Position numbers and translations under genes: made by a program. The notes under the pieces were generated by a model. The model was not told where the DNA came from. It searched no databases and saw only the letters and a program-made list of their open reading frames with translations. This document shows positions 13,756 through 27,010 of a DNA stretch of 64,000 nucleotides, piece by piece (within the stretch, counting starts at the first letter, position 1; every line of letters begins with the position of its first letter). Source of the stretch: Eledone cirrhosa (lineage: Eukaryota). Location of the stretch: contig OZ024740.1 of assembly GCA_964016885.1 (NCBI GenBank), forward strand, positions 30,814,001-30,878,000, given 5' to 3'.

Positions 13756-14894
13756 TAGAGTCGATCATCAGATCGAACTAAAGAAATTATGTTGCCATTG
13801 GTTTTTCAATTGCATACATTCACTCACATCTTGCCGATCGCAGCACCTGTTATATGCGTCGCCCCTTTTCCGGAAGCAGGGGGTGGAAGTAGAACTCAAG
13901 AGTGCACATGGGCGGAACAAATACTACAAAACAACCCGTCCGTCTCTAACAATTGCGCTAATCCACCACCCTTTCACTGATACTTTAATGTACTTCGAAA
14001 GGATGAAAAGCAAAGTTGACCTCGGAGGGATTTTAACTCTGAGTGCAAAGAGCCAGAAAACATACCGGAAATATTTAATCCATCGCTCAAATAACGTCTG
14101 TTCACCCTTAAGGCGGCGAACATTATAATACGATCAATTAAATCGACTACATCTTCTGCAAAAATGAACTTTATGGCTAGGAAAAACAACAATAGTTAAT
14201 TCCTTTTCATTGGCACACAGGACTAAAAGATTTTGGAGGAAAGGGTGTATTTGATTATATTACCACTGATATATTATTGGTACATATTTTATCAACGTTG
14301 AAGATTTGAAAGGTAGGGAAGGGTTTGAACTTGGAATCTAAAGATACATAACTGAATGCAAGGCAATAAAGTTCAAGTATTCACATGACCCGCTAGAATT
14401 AGTAACAAAAATCACCCTCAAAAATACACCAACTCACTTTTAAGAAACGGATGACTTACTGGGTAATGTAGCCCTTGATACGATTTCTAAAAATAAGATG
14501 ATATAATTATAGATGGAGTCCGCTCGACTAAGGCGTACCTGGGGGCTAAATAACAGCGACGGTCATGTAACTAAATACCGCACAACTGAATCTGCCATTC
14601 ATTGCTCCTAGATAACTTATCAATATTCCCAAACATTCGACCTAATGCAGGGAACACTAAGCTTTTTAGACCATCGAGTCCTTCAAACCCACATCGAGCT
14701 CAGACATGAACAAAAATATTTCTTTACGGTTCTATTGGCCGTATCGGTAGAGGGGTCGGACGTCTTTGCAGCATAGAGTTTCGTCTATAAAATAAAGTAC
14801 CAGTCACGCACTGGGGTCGATTTAATCTACCTTCCCCTCCCCTAAAATTACTGGCCTTGTGCCTATATAAGAAACTATTATTTCATCTATCTGT

Positions 14895-15360
14895 TTAGTG
14901 GCTATGGTGAAAGAGGTTATATAGTGGACGAGATTGAGAGGACTGAGAACAGATGCCTTTCTCTCCGGACAACAACTCATTCCCTTTTTTAGGTACCACT
15001 TTAGAAGGAGAATCAGGGTGGAGAGAGAGGCACTGCACCCCAGTAAATTTACTGAAAGGTGGGTGAATGTGACAAAAATGGCACGAGTGATTGAGCCTTC
15101 TCTGTATATAAACCTGTAGGTTGAAGAAGAGAGCAAAAGGAAGAAAGGAGCACTTGCACAACATGCTCCTGGAGTTGAGGGTTGTTCTATCTACGGGGTA
15201 TAAAACAACCCATTTGTAACGCCCCCCCCCCCCCCTATGGGGGATTTCGATTGTTGAATTTGTATGTTAAATTTTTTTACACGATTGTATGTAAAATCCC
15301 CGCCACATGTCTTTGTATTGTCCCCTTTTCTTGTGCGCCCTTGTGGCAAATAAAGAAATG
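14895..15360 (+). mobile_element. 3' fragment of an L1/Tx1-like LINE
   Basis: Translation VAMVKEVI*WTRLRG...FFRYHFRRRIRVEREAL...FTERW resembles a Tx1-type ORF2 C-terminus; ends ...GGCAAATAAAGAAAT. Confidence 0.55.
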
Positions 15361-15726
15361 CATCTGTTTATTGTCAGGTTAAATATTTGTAATGTTATTA
15401 ATAAAAACTATACTACGTAAAATTTAGTAAATAACTAATAAACAGAGAGTTGGTCTTATAATGAATGTACTGGAACTCCGTCAGTTATGATGATGAGTGT
15501 TCTAAATCAGCATGTCAAACCTGCGGCCCTTTACAAGCACAACTGCGGTCCGCACAAAGGTTTTTACAGCGCGAGCATGTTTTGCCTTCGTAATCTAAAA
15601 TTTTAAAAAATTAGTTGTAATGTGCGCAATTAGATGTGATGTTCATTCGACATGCCTCCACATAACTTCTGTCTACCATCTGCCAAGTTGTATTCACAAG
15701 GTTCGAATAGATTCGCTGCAAGGTAT

Positions 15727-15913
15727 CATTGTTTCTACTTTTGGCACAAGGCCACCAATTATCCCTGTATATTACTGGTACTTTATTTTATCCACCCCGT
15801 AAGGATGAAAGGCAAAGTTAACCTCGGTGGGATATGAACTCAGATCATAAAGGGCCGTAACTCTTTGCTGCAAAGCATGGCGACCGACCCTCTACTGATA
15901 CTGCCAATCCACC
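15727..15913 (-). mobile_element. SINE family A
   Basis: Core and boxes as above. Confidence 0.85.
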
Positions 15914-16059
15914 ATCAGGTGTGATATAATAGGATTGAACTTGGGACTGCTTAATCGTGAATGGTAAGTCCTTGATCATTTGGTCATGCTGCCACCCCCA
16001 CTTCACCCCACATCATTGCTACACGCATACACACATCTCTTTCTTTCTATCTTTCTCTC

Positions 16060-16400
16060 GGATATACAAACACACGTATACACACGCATACATACATACA
16101 TACATACATACATACATACATACATACACTTAATATATACATACATACATTCATACACTCAATATATACACGCAAACATGCATACATGCATACATACACT
16201 TAATATATACATACATTCATACACGCAATATATAAACGCAAACATACATACATACATATATACATACATACATTCATACACTCAATATATACACGCAAAC
16301 ATGTATACATACATACATACGCACATATATACGCACGCACGCACGCACACATAAATAGATGCATACATACACAGGCACATATACAGTCAACACTCAACCA
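16060..16400. repeat. (ACAT)n/(CA)n compound microsatellite
   Basis: Low-complexity tract. Confidence 0.9.
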
Positions 16401-16639
16401 TACACATCTACACCTGTGACAATATAATATGTCTTTTGTCCAGTTCTCAGCCATAAAACAGACCCATTGTTGGAAGAGAAGTAACCTCAGAAAGATCCCA
16501 CTGTTTATTTAACGTAATATCAACTACTATTTTCTTACATATAAAGCAGCGCTCTAGCATTGCCTTAACTGTCATGGTTAAAACAAACTAGAGAAAATAT
16601 ACAAATACGTATGAACATTCGTTCATACAGACTCATCTT

Positions 16640-16693
<54 letters not shown>

Positions 16694-17406
16694 AGTGGAA
16701 GCTTAGTCAAATCGAAGCTTTGGCTGTGGCCAAGCTAACGACCTACAATTAGGAATGAGCAGCAAAGCACTCAATAAGGTTGCAGGCTTTAGAGTAATAA
16801 CATACGTATAGGCACCTTGATAAATTGAAAATTGCGGCAGGTAGACCTAGCCACACAATACCAAAAACAACGAAAAAACTAATCAGGTTTATATATATAT
16901 TTATTAAAATAACAGATTAAAGTTTAAGCAAAGAATCGCTGCTTTCACCTTTAACGGAATCTTCTGAAATAAAAATTTGCTCTAGGGTTCTTATATATTT
17001 GATATATATTTATCCTTATTGATTTGGATTTTAGTCTTCACATTTGTTATTATTACTATATATATATAATAAATCAAGAAAGAAGAGTGACATGGGTTGC
17101 TATACAATAAGGGCTTTATTCACATTGCTGAAAATTGTAGTGTAAAATAAAGTTAAATAAAAGTCAAATGATTAAAATTTAGCTTCGTTTATTATATATA
17201 TGATATATATATATATGATATATATATATGATATATATATGATATATATATATGATATATATATGATATATATATATGATATATATATATATATATGACT
17301 CCAGTTCCTCAGTGAATTAACAACCCAACAAGGAACTGGGCATAGATTATTGACAATATTATACACCTAAACAACATATGTACTTGTCTATACCATACTA
17401 ATTCAA

Positions 17407-17461
17407 ACTGCCTGAAGAGGTCACAGCCAAAGATAGCTGTCACTGAAATATATATAGCAGT
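17407..17461 (+). ncRNA. Type I hammerhead ribozyme motif (Penelope-like family, flank of the array)
   Basis: Stem I ACTGC/GCAGT; core CTGAAGA; stem II GGTCACAGC..GCTGTCACT; GAAA; stem III with self-complementary (TA) loop; AUA triplet. Confidence 0.7.
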
Positions 17462-17564
17462 AATAAACGAAGCTAAATTTTAATCATTTGACTTTTATTT
17501 AACTTTATTTTATATATATATGAAAGTATAGAAATTATTGTGAGCGTGAAGCCAACAGTATTTC

Positions 17565-17608
<44 letters not shown>

Positions 17609-17613
<5 letters not shown>

Positions 17614-20600
17614 AATTAAGTTAAAGATGTACATCCATATATGTATACTGAAATACTAGTATGTATATGAATACACACACGTATACATATGTAGATGTAC
17701 CAAGTTTTTTTCACTGGTCACTTTACTGTGAGTGGCCAGCTATTCTGTATGTAAACACACAGACAAACCGGTTTTTAGAGTCATACTGGTTTTTGAGGAA
17801 ACACCTTTCCTCTATTCTCCAGAAAGCCAGACAAGGAATATTGAACTAGTTTCGTTGTTGTTACAACTCATCAGCAATATTTACCTATCTTCCGGCCTCT
17901 CTAGAGAATCGTAAAAGCACATATCGTTATATGCTTTTTCTATGAAAATTAGTAGTGGGCAGACTAATCCGCACAGAGTGTGAGTAAGTACCGGTTCAAC
18001 GGAGACGATAAAAACAAATAACGAAACGAAATTAAATTTCGTTTCGTTTGTAACTCACTTTTGTATGACTGACGCTTAAACAATTAAGTTAAAGATGTAC
18101 ATCCATATATGTATACTGAAATACTAGTATGTATATGAATACACACACGTATACATATGTAGATGTACCAAGTTTTTTTCACTGGTCACTTTACTGTGAG
18201 TGGCCAGCTATTCTGTATGTAAACACACAGACAAACCGGTTTTTAGAGTCATACTGGTTTTTGAGGAAACACCTTTCCTCTATTCTCCAGAAAGCCAGAC
18301 AAGGAATATTGAACTAGTTTCGTTGTTGTTACAACTCATCAGCAATATTTACCTATCTTCCGGCCTCTCTAGAGAATCGTAAAAGCACATATCGTTATAT
18401 GCTTTTTCTATGAAAATTAGTAGTGGGCAGACTAATCCGCACAGAGTGTGAGTAAGTACCGGTTCAACGGAGACGATAAAAACAAATAACGAAACGAAAT
18501 TAAATTTCGTTTCGTTTGTAACTCACTTTTGTATGACTGACGCTTAAACAATTAAGTTAAAGATGTACATCCATATATGTATACTGAAATACTAGTATGT
18601 ATATGAATACACACACGTATACATATGTAGATGTACCAAGTTTTTTTCACTGGTCACTTTACTGTGAGTGGCCAGCTATTCTGTATGTAAACACACAGAC
18701 AAACCGGTTTTTAGAGTCATACTGGTTTTTGAGGAAACACCTTTCCTCTATTCTCCAGAAAGCCAGACAAGGAATATTGAACTAGTTTCGTTGTTGTTAC
18801 AACTCATCAGCAATATTTACCTATCTTCCGGCCTCTCTAGAGAATCGTAAAAGCACATATCGTTATATGCTTTTTCTATGAAAATTAGTAGTGGGCAGAC
18901 TAATCCGCACAGAGTGTGAGTAAGTACCGGTTCAACGGAGACGATAAAAACAAATAACGAAACGAAATTAAATTTCGTTTCGTTTGTAACTCACTTTTGT
19001 ATGACTGACGCTTAAACAATTAAGTTAAAGATGTACATCCATATATGTATACTGAAATACTAGTATGTATATGAATACACACACGTATACATATGTAGAT
19101 GTACCAAGTTTTTTTCACTGGTCACTTTACTGTGAGTGGCCAGCTATTCTGTATGTAAACACACAGACAAACCGGTTTTTAGAGTCATACTGGTTTTTGA
19201 GGAAACACCTTTCCTCTATTCTCCAGAAAGCCAGACAAGGAATATTGAACTAGTTTCGTTGTTGTTACAACTCATCAGCAATATTTACCTATCTTCCGGC
19301 CTCTCTAGAGAATCGTAAAAGCACATATCGTTATATGCTTTTTCTATGAAAATTAGTAGTGGGCAGACTAATCCGCACAGAGTGTGAGTAAGTACCGGTT
19401 CAACGGAGACGATAAAAACAAATAACGAAACGAAATTAAATTTCGTTTCGTTTGTAACTCACTTTTGTATGACTGACGCTTAAACAATTAAGTTAAAGAT
19501 GTACATCCATATATGTATACTGAAATACTAGTATGTATATGAATACACACACGTATACATATGTAGATGTACCAAGTTTTTTTCACTGGTCACTTTACTG
19601 TGAGTGGCCAGCTATTCTGTATGTAAACACACAGACAAACCGGTTTTTAGAGTCATACTGGTTTTTGAGGAAACACCTTTCCTCTATTCTCCAGAAAGCC
19701 AGACAAGGAATATTGAACTAGTTTCGTTGTTGTTACAACTCATCAGCAATATTTACCTATCTTCCGGCCTCTCTAGAGAATCGTAAAAGCACATATCGTT
19801 ATATGCTTTTTCTATGAAAATTAGTAGTGGGCAGACTAATCCGCACAGAGTGTGAGTAAGTACCGGTTCAACGGAGACGATAAAAACAAATAACGAAACG
19901 AAATTAAATTTCGTTTCGTTTGTAACTCACTTTTGTATGACTGACGCTTAAACAATTAAGTTAAAGATGTACATCCATATATGTATACTGAAATACTAGT
20001 ATGTATATGAATACACACACGTATACATATGTAGATGTACCAAGTTTTTTTCACTGGTCACTTTACTGTGAGTGGCCAGCTATTCTGTATGTAAACACAC
20101 AGACAAACCGGTTTTTAGAGTCATACTGGTTTTTGAGGAAACACCTTTCCTCTATTCTCCAGAAAGCCAGACAAGGAATATTGAACTAGTTTCGTTGTTG
20201 TTACAACTCATCAGCAATATTTACCTATCTTCCGGCCTCTCTAGAGAATCGTAAAAGCACATATCGTTATATGCTTTTTCTATGAAAATTAGTAGTGGGC
20301 AGACTAATCCGCACAGAGTGTGAGTAAGTACCGGTTCAACGGAGACGATAAAAACAAATAACGAAACGAAATTAAATTTCGTTTCGTTTGTAACTCACTT
20401 TTGTATGACTGACGCTTAAACAATTAAGTTAAAGATGTACATCCATATATGTATACTGAAATACTAGTATGTATATGAATACACACACGTATACATATGT
20501 AGATGTACCAAGTTTTTTTCACTGGTCACTTTACTGTGAGTGGCCAGCTATTCTGTATGTAAACACACAGACAAACCGGTTTTTAGAGTCATACTGGTTT

Positions 20601-20815
20601 TTGAGGAAACACCTTTCCTCTATTCTCCAGAAAGCCAGACAAGGAATATTGAACTAGTTTCGTTGTTGTTACAACTCATCAGCAATATTTACCTATCTTC
20701 CGGCCTCTCTAGAGAATCGTAAAAGCACATATCGTTATATGCTTTTTCTATGAAAATTAGTAGTGGGCAGACTAATCCGCACAGAGTGTGAGTAAGTACC
20801 GGTTCAACGGAGACG
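17609..20815 (-). repeat. Left arm of the 468-bp hammerhead-containing tandem array (about 6.85 units)
   Basis: Exact 468-bp period, with identical ORF-track translations every 468 bp; hammerhead on minus strand at 17837-17881 and every 468 bp after (7 copies). Confidence 0.97.
17837..17881 (-). ncRNA. Type I hammerhead ribozyme (first of 7 minus-strand copies)
   Basis: Reverse complement reads AATATTG-CTGATGA-GTTGT-AACA-ACAAC-GAAA-CTAG-TT-CAATATT. Confidence 0.88.
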
Positions 20816-23800
20816 CTGTGCGGATTAGTCTGCCCACTACTAATTTTCATAGAAAAAGCATATAACGATATGTGCTTTTACGATTCTCTAGAGAGGCCGG
20901 AAGATAGGTAAATATTGCTGATGAGTTGTAACAACAACGAAACTAGTTCAATATTCCTTGTCTGGCTTTCTGGAGAATAGAGGAAAGGTGTTTCCTCAAA
21001 AACCAGTATGACTCTAAAAACCGGTTTGTCTGTGTGTTTACATACAGAATAGCTGGCCACTCACAGTAAAGTGACCAGTGAAAAAAACTTGGTACATCTA
21101 CATATGTATACGTGTGTGTATTCATATACATACTAGTATTTCAGTATACATATATGGATGTACATCTTTAACTTAATTGTTTAAGCGTCAGTCATACAAA
21201 AGTGAGTTACAAACGAAACGAAATTTAATTTCGTTTCGTTATTTGTTTTTATCGTCTCCGTTGAACCGGTACTTACTCACACTCTGTGCGGATTAGTCTG
21301 CCCACTACTAATTTTCATAGAAAAAGCATATAACGATATGTGCTTTTACGATTCTCTAGAGAGGCCGGAAGATAGGTAAATATTGCTGATGAGTTGTAAC
21401 AACAACGAAACTAGTTCAATATTCCTTGTCTGGCTTTCTGGAGAATAGAGGAAAGGTGTTTCCTCAAAAACCAGTATGACTCTAAAAACCGGTTTGTCTG
21501 TGTGTTTACATACAGAATAGCTGGCCACTCACAGTAAAGTGACCAGTGAAAAAAACTTGGTACATCTACATATGTATACGTGTGTGTATTCATATACATA
21601 CTAGTATTTCAGTATACATATATGGATGTACATCTTTAACTTAATTGTTTAAGCGTCAGTCATACAAAAGTGAGTTACAAACGAAACGAAATTTAATTTC
21701 GTTTCGTTATTTGTTTTTATCGTCTCCGTTGAACCGGTACTTACTCACACTCTGTGCGGATTAGTCTGCCCACTACTAATTTTCATAGAAAAAGCATATA
21801 ACGATATGTGCTTTTACGATTCTCTAGAGAGGCCGGAAGATAGGTAAATATTGCTGATGAGTTGTAACAACAACGAAACTAGTTCAATATTCCTTGTCTG
21901 GCTTTCTGGAGAATAGAGGAAAGGTGTTTCCTCAAAAACCAGTATGACTCTAAAAACCGGTTTGTCTGTGTGTTTACATACAGAATAGCTGGCCACTCAC
22001 AGTAAAGTGACCAGTGAAAAAAACTTGGTACATCTACATATGTATACGTGTGTGTATTCATATACATACTAGTATTTCAGTATACATATATGGATGTACA
22101 TCTTTAACTTAATTGTTTAAGCGTCAGTCATACAAAAGTGAGTTACAAACGAAACGAAATTTAATTTCGTTTCGTTATTTGTTTTTATCGTCTCCGTTGA
22201 ACCGGTACTTACTCACACTCTGTGCGGATTAGTCTGCCCACTACTAATTTTCATAGAAAAAGCATATAACGATATGTGCTTTTACGATTCTCTAGAGAGG
22301 CCGGAAGATAGGTAAATATTGCTGATGAGTTGTAACAACAACGAAACTAGTTCAATATTCCTTGTCTGGCTTTCTGGAGAATAGAGGAAAGGTGTTTCCT
22401 CAAAAACCAGTATGACTCTAAAAACCGGTTTGTCTGTGTGTTTACATACAGAATAGCTGGCCACTCACAGTAAAGTGACCAGTGAAAAAAACTTGGTACA
22501 TCTACATATGTATACGTGTGTGTATTCATATACATACTAGTATTTCAGTATACATATATGGATGTACATCTTTAACTTAATTGTTTAAGCGTCAGTCATA
22601 CAAAAGTGAGTTACAAACGAAACGAAATTTAATTTCGTTTCGTTATTTGTTTTTATCGTCTCCGTTGAACCGGTACTTACTCACACTCTGTGCGGATTAG
22701 TCTGCCCACTACTAATTTTCATAGAAAAAGCATATAACGATATGTGCTTTTACGATTCTCTAGAGAGGCCGGAAGATAGGTAAATATTGCTGATGAGTTG
22801 TAACAACAACGAAACTAGTTCAATATTCCTTGTCTGGCTTTCTGGAGAATAGAGGAAAGGTGTTTCCTCAAAAACCAGTATGACTCTAAAAACCGGTTTG
22901 TCTGTGTGTTTACATACAGAATAGCTGGCCACTCACAGTAAAGTGACCAGTGAAAAAAACTTGGTACATCTACATATGTATACGTGTGTGTATTCATATA
23001 CATACTAGTATTTCAGTATACATATATGGATGTACATCTTTAACTTAATTGTTTAAGCGTCAGTCATACAAAAGTGAGTTACAAACGAAACGAAATTTAA
23101 TTTCGTTTCGTTATTTGTTTTTATCGTCTCCGTTGAACCGGTACTTACTCACACTCTGTGCGGATTAGTCTGCCCACTACTAATTTTCATAGAAAAAGCA
23201 TATAACGATATGTGCTTTTACGATTCTCTAGAGAGGCCGGAAGATAGGTAAATATTGCTGATGAGTTGTAACAACAACGAAACTAGTTCAATATTCCTTG
23301 TCTGGCTTTCTGGAGAATAGAGGAAAGGTGTTTCCTCAAAAACCAGTATGACTCTAAAAACCGGTTTGTCTGTGTGTTTACATACAGAATAGCTGGCCAC
23401 TCACAGTAAAGTGACCAGTGAAAAAAACTTGGTACATCTACATATGTATACGTGTGTGTATTCATATACATACTAGTATTTCAGTATACATATATGGATG
23501 TACATCTTTAACTTAATTGTTTAAGCGTCAGTCATACAAAAGTGAGTTACAAACGAAACGAAATTTAATTTCGTTTCGTTATTTGTTTTTATCGTCTCCG
23601 TTGAACCGGTACTTACTCACACTCTGTGCGGATTAGTCTGCCCACTACTAATTTTCATAGAAAAAGCATATAACGATATGTGCTTTTACGATTCTCTAGA
23701 GAGGCCGGAAGATAGGTAAATATTGCTGATGAGTTGTAACAACAACGAAACTAGTTCAATATTCCTTGTCTGGCTTTCTGGAGAATAGAGGAAAGGTGTT

Positions 23801-26800
23801 TCCTCAAAAACCAGTATGACTCTAAAAACCGGTTTGTCTGTGTGTTTACATACAGAATAGCTGGCCACTCACAGTAAAGTGACCAGTGAAAAAAACTTGG
23901 TACATCTACATATGTATACGTGTGTGTATTCATATACATACTAGTATTTCAGTATACATATATGGATGTACATCTTTAACTTAATTGTTTAAGCGTCAGT
24001 CATACAAAAGTGAGTTACAAACGAAACGAAATTTAATTTCGTTTCGTTATTTGTTTTTATCGTCTCCGTTGAACCGGTACTTACTCACACTCTGTGCGGA
24101 TTAGTCTGCCCACTACTAATTTTCATAGAAAAAGCATATAACGATATGTGCTTTTACGATTCTCTAGAGAGGCCGGAAGATAGGTAAATATTGCTGATGA
24201 GTTGTAACAACAACGAAACTAGTTCAATATTCCTTGTCTGGCTTTCTGGAGAATAGAGGAAAGGTGTTTCCTCAAAAACCAGTATGACTCTAAAAACCGG
24301 TTTGTCTGTGTGTTTACATACAGAATAGCTGGCCACTCACAGTAAAGTGACCAGTGAAAAAAACTTGGTACATCTACATATGTATACGTGTGTGTATTCA
24401 TATACATACTAGTATTTCAGTATACATATATGGATGTACATCTTTAACTTAATTGTTTAAGCGTCAGTCATACAAAAGTGAGTTACAAACGAAACGAAAT
24501 TTAATTTCGTTTCGTTATTTGTTTTTATCGTCTCCGTTGAACCGGTACTTACTCACACTCTGTGCGGATTAGTCTGCCCACTACTAATTTTCATAGAAAA
24601 AGCATATAACGATATGTGCTTTTACGATTCTCTAGAGAGGCCGGAAGATAGGTAAATATTGCTGATGAGTTGTAACAACAACGAAACTAGTTCAATATTC
24701 CTTGTCTGGCTTTCTGGAGAATAGAGGAAAGGTGTTTCCTCAAAAACCAGTATGACTCTAAAAACCGGTTTGTCTGTGTGTTTACATACAGAATAGCTGG
24801 CCACTCACAGTAAAGTGACCAGTGAAAAAAACTTGGTACATCTACATATGTATACGTGTGTGTATTCATATACATACTAGTATTTCAGTATACATATATG
24901 GATGTACATCTTTAACTTAATTGTTTAAGCGTCAGTCATACAAAAGTGAGTTACAAACGAAACGAAATTTAATTTCGTTTCGTTATTTGTTTTTATCGTC
25001 TCCGTTGAACCGGTACTTACTCACACTCTGTGCGGATTAGTCTGCCCACTACTAATTTTCATAGAAAAAGCATATAACGATATGTGCTTTTACGATTCTC
25101 TAGAGAGGCCGGAAGATAGGTAAATATTGCTGATGAGTTGTAACAACAACGAAACTAGTTCAATATTCCTTGTCTGGCTTTCTGGAGAATAGAGGAAAGG
25201 TGTTTCCTCAAAAACCAGTATGACTCTAAAAACCGGTTTGTCTGTGTGTTTACATACAGAATAGCTGGCCACTCACAGTAAAGTGACCAGTGAAAAAAAC
25301 TTGGTACATCTACATATGTATACGTGTGTGTATTCATATACATACTAGTATTTCAGTATACATATATGGATGTACATCTTTAACTTAATTGTTTAAGCGT
25401 CAGTCATACAAAAGTGAGTTACAAACGAAACGAAATTTAATTTCGTTTCGTTATTTGTTTTTATCGTCTCCGTTGAACCGGTACTTACTCACACTCTGTG
25501 CGGATTAGTCTGCCCACTACTAATTTTCATAGAAAAAGCATATAACGATATGTGCTTTTACGATTCTCTAGAGAGGCCGGAAGATAGGTAAATATTGCTG
25601 ATGAGTTGTAACAACAACGAAACTAGTTCAATATTCCTTGTCTGGCTTTCTGGAGAATAGAGGAAAGGTGTTTCCTCAAAAACCAGTATGACTCTAAAAA
25701 CCGGTTTGTCTGTGTGTTTACATACAGAATAGCTGGCCACTCACAGTAAAGTGACCAGTGAAAAAAACTTGGTACATCTACATATGTATACGTGTGTGTA
25801 TTCATATACATACTAGTATTTCAGTATACATATATGGATGTACATCTTTAACTTAATTGTTTAAGCGTCAGTCATACAAAAGTGAGTTACAAACGAAACG
25901 AAATTTAATTTCGTTTCGTTATTTGTTTTTATCGTCTCCGTTGAACCGGTACTTACTCACACTCTGTGCGGATTAGTCTGCCCACTACTAATTTTCATAG
26001 AAAAAGCATATAACGATATGTGCTTTTACGATTCTCTAGAGAGGCCGGAAGATAGGTAAATATTGCTGATGAGTTGTAACAACAACGAAACTAGTTCAAT
26101 ATTCCTTGTCTGGCTTTCTGGAGAATAGAGGAAAGGTGTTTCCTCAAAAACCAGTATGACTCTAAAAACCGGTTTGTCTGTGTGTTTACATACAGAATAG
26201 CTGGCCACTCACAGTAAAGTGACCAGTGAAAAAAACTTGGTACATCTACATATGTATACGTGTGTGTATTCATATACATACTAGTATTTCAGTATACATA
26301 TATGGATGTACATCTTTAACTTAATTGTTTAAGCGTCAGTCATACAAAAGTGAGTTACAAACGAAACGAAATTTAATTTCGTTTCGTTATTTGTTTTTAT
26401 CGTCTCCGTTGAACCGGTACTTACTCACACTCTGTGCGGATTAGTCTGCCCACTACTAATTTTCATAGAAAAAGCATATAACGATATGTGCTTTTACGAT
26501 TCTCTAGAGAGGCCGGAAGATAGGTAAATATTGCTGATGAGTTGTAACAACAACGAAACTAGTTCAATATTCCTTGTCTGGCTTTCTGGAGAATAGAGGA
26601 AAGGTGTTTCCTCAAAAACCAGTATGACTCTAAAAACCGGTTTGTCTGTGTGTTTACATACAGAATAGCTGGCCACTCACAGTAAAGTGACCAGTGAAAA
26701 AAACTTGGTACATCTACATATGTATACGTGTGTGTATTCATATACATACTAGTATTTCAGTATACATATATGGATGTACATCTTTAACTTAATTGTTTAA

Positions 26801-26861
26801 GCGTCAGTCATACAAAAGTGAGTTACAAACGAAACGAAATTTAATTTCGTTTCGTTATTTG

Positions 26862-26868
<7 letters not shown>
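20816..26868 (+). repeat. Right arm of the 468-bp hammerhead-containing tandem array (about 12.9 units)
   Basis: Reverse complement of the left-arm unit; hammerhead on plus strand at 20911-20955 and every 468 bp after (13 copies). Confidence 0.97.
20911..20955 (+). ncRNA. Type I hammerhead ribozyme (first of 13 plus-strand copies)
   Basis: Stem I AATATTG/CAATATT (7 bp); CUGAUGA 20918-20924; stem II GTTGT/ACAAC with AACA loop; GAAA 20939-20942; short palindromic stem III (AACTAGTT); GUU triplet, predicted cut after 20948. Confidence 0.88.
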
Positions 26869-26910
<42 letters not shown>

Positions 26911-26955
26911 AAGTTAAATAAAAAGTCAAATGATTAAAATTTAGCTTCGTTTATT

Positions 26956-27010
26956 ACTGCTATATATATTTCAGTGACAGCCATCTTTGGCTGTGACCTC
27001 TTCAGGCAGT
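26956..27010 (-). ncRNA. Type I hammerhead motif, inverted copy of 17407-17461
   Basis: Same sequence as 17407-17461 with one substitution next to loop 2; lies in an inverted copy (26903-27125) of 17293-17510. Confidence 0.7.

Noticed and set aside
17661-26747. Repeated 60-aa and 62-aa ORFs in the 468-bp units
   Set aside because: Short, overlapping, antisense to the ribozyme and without any recognisable domain; likely chance
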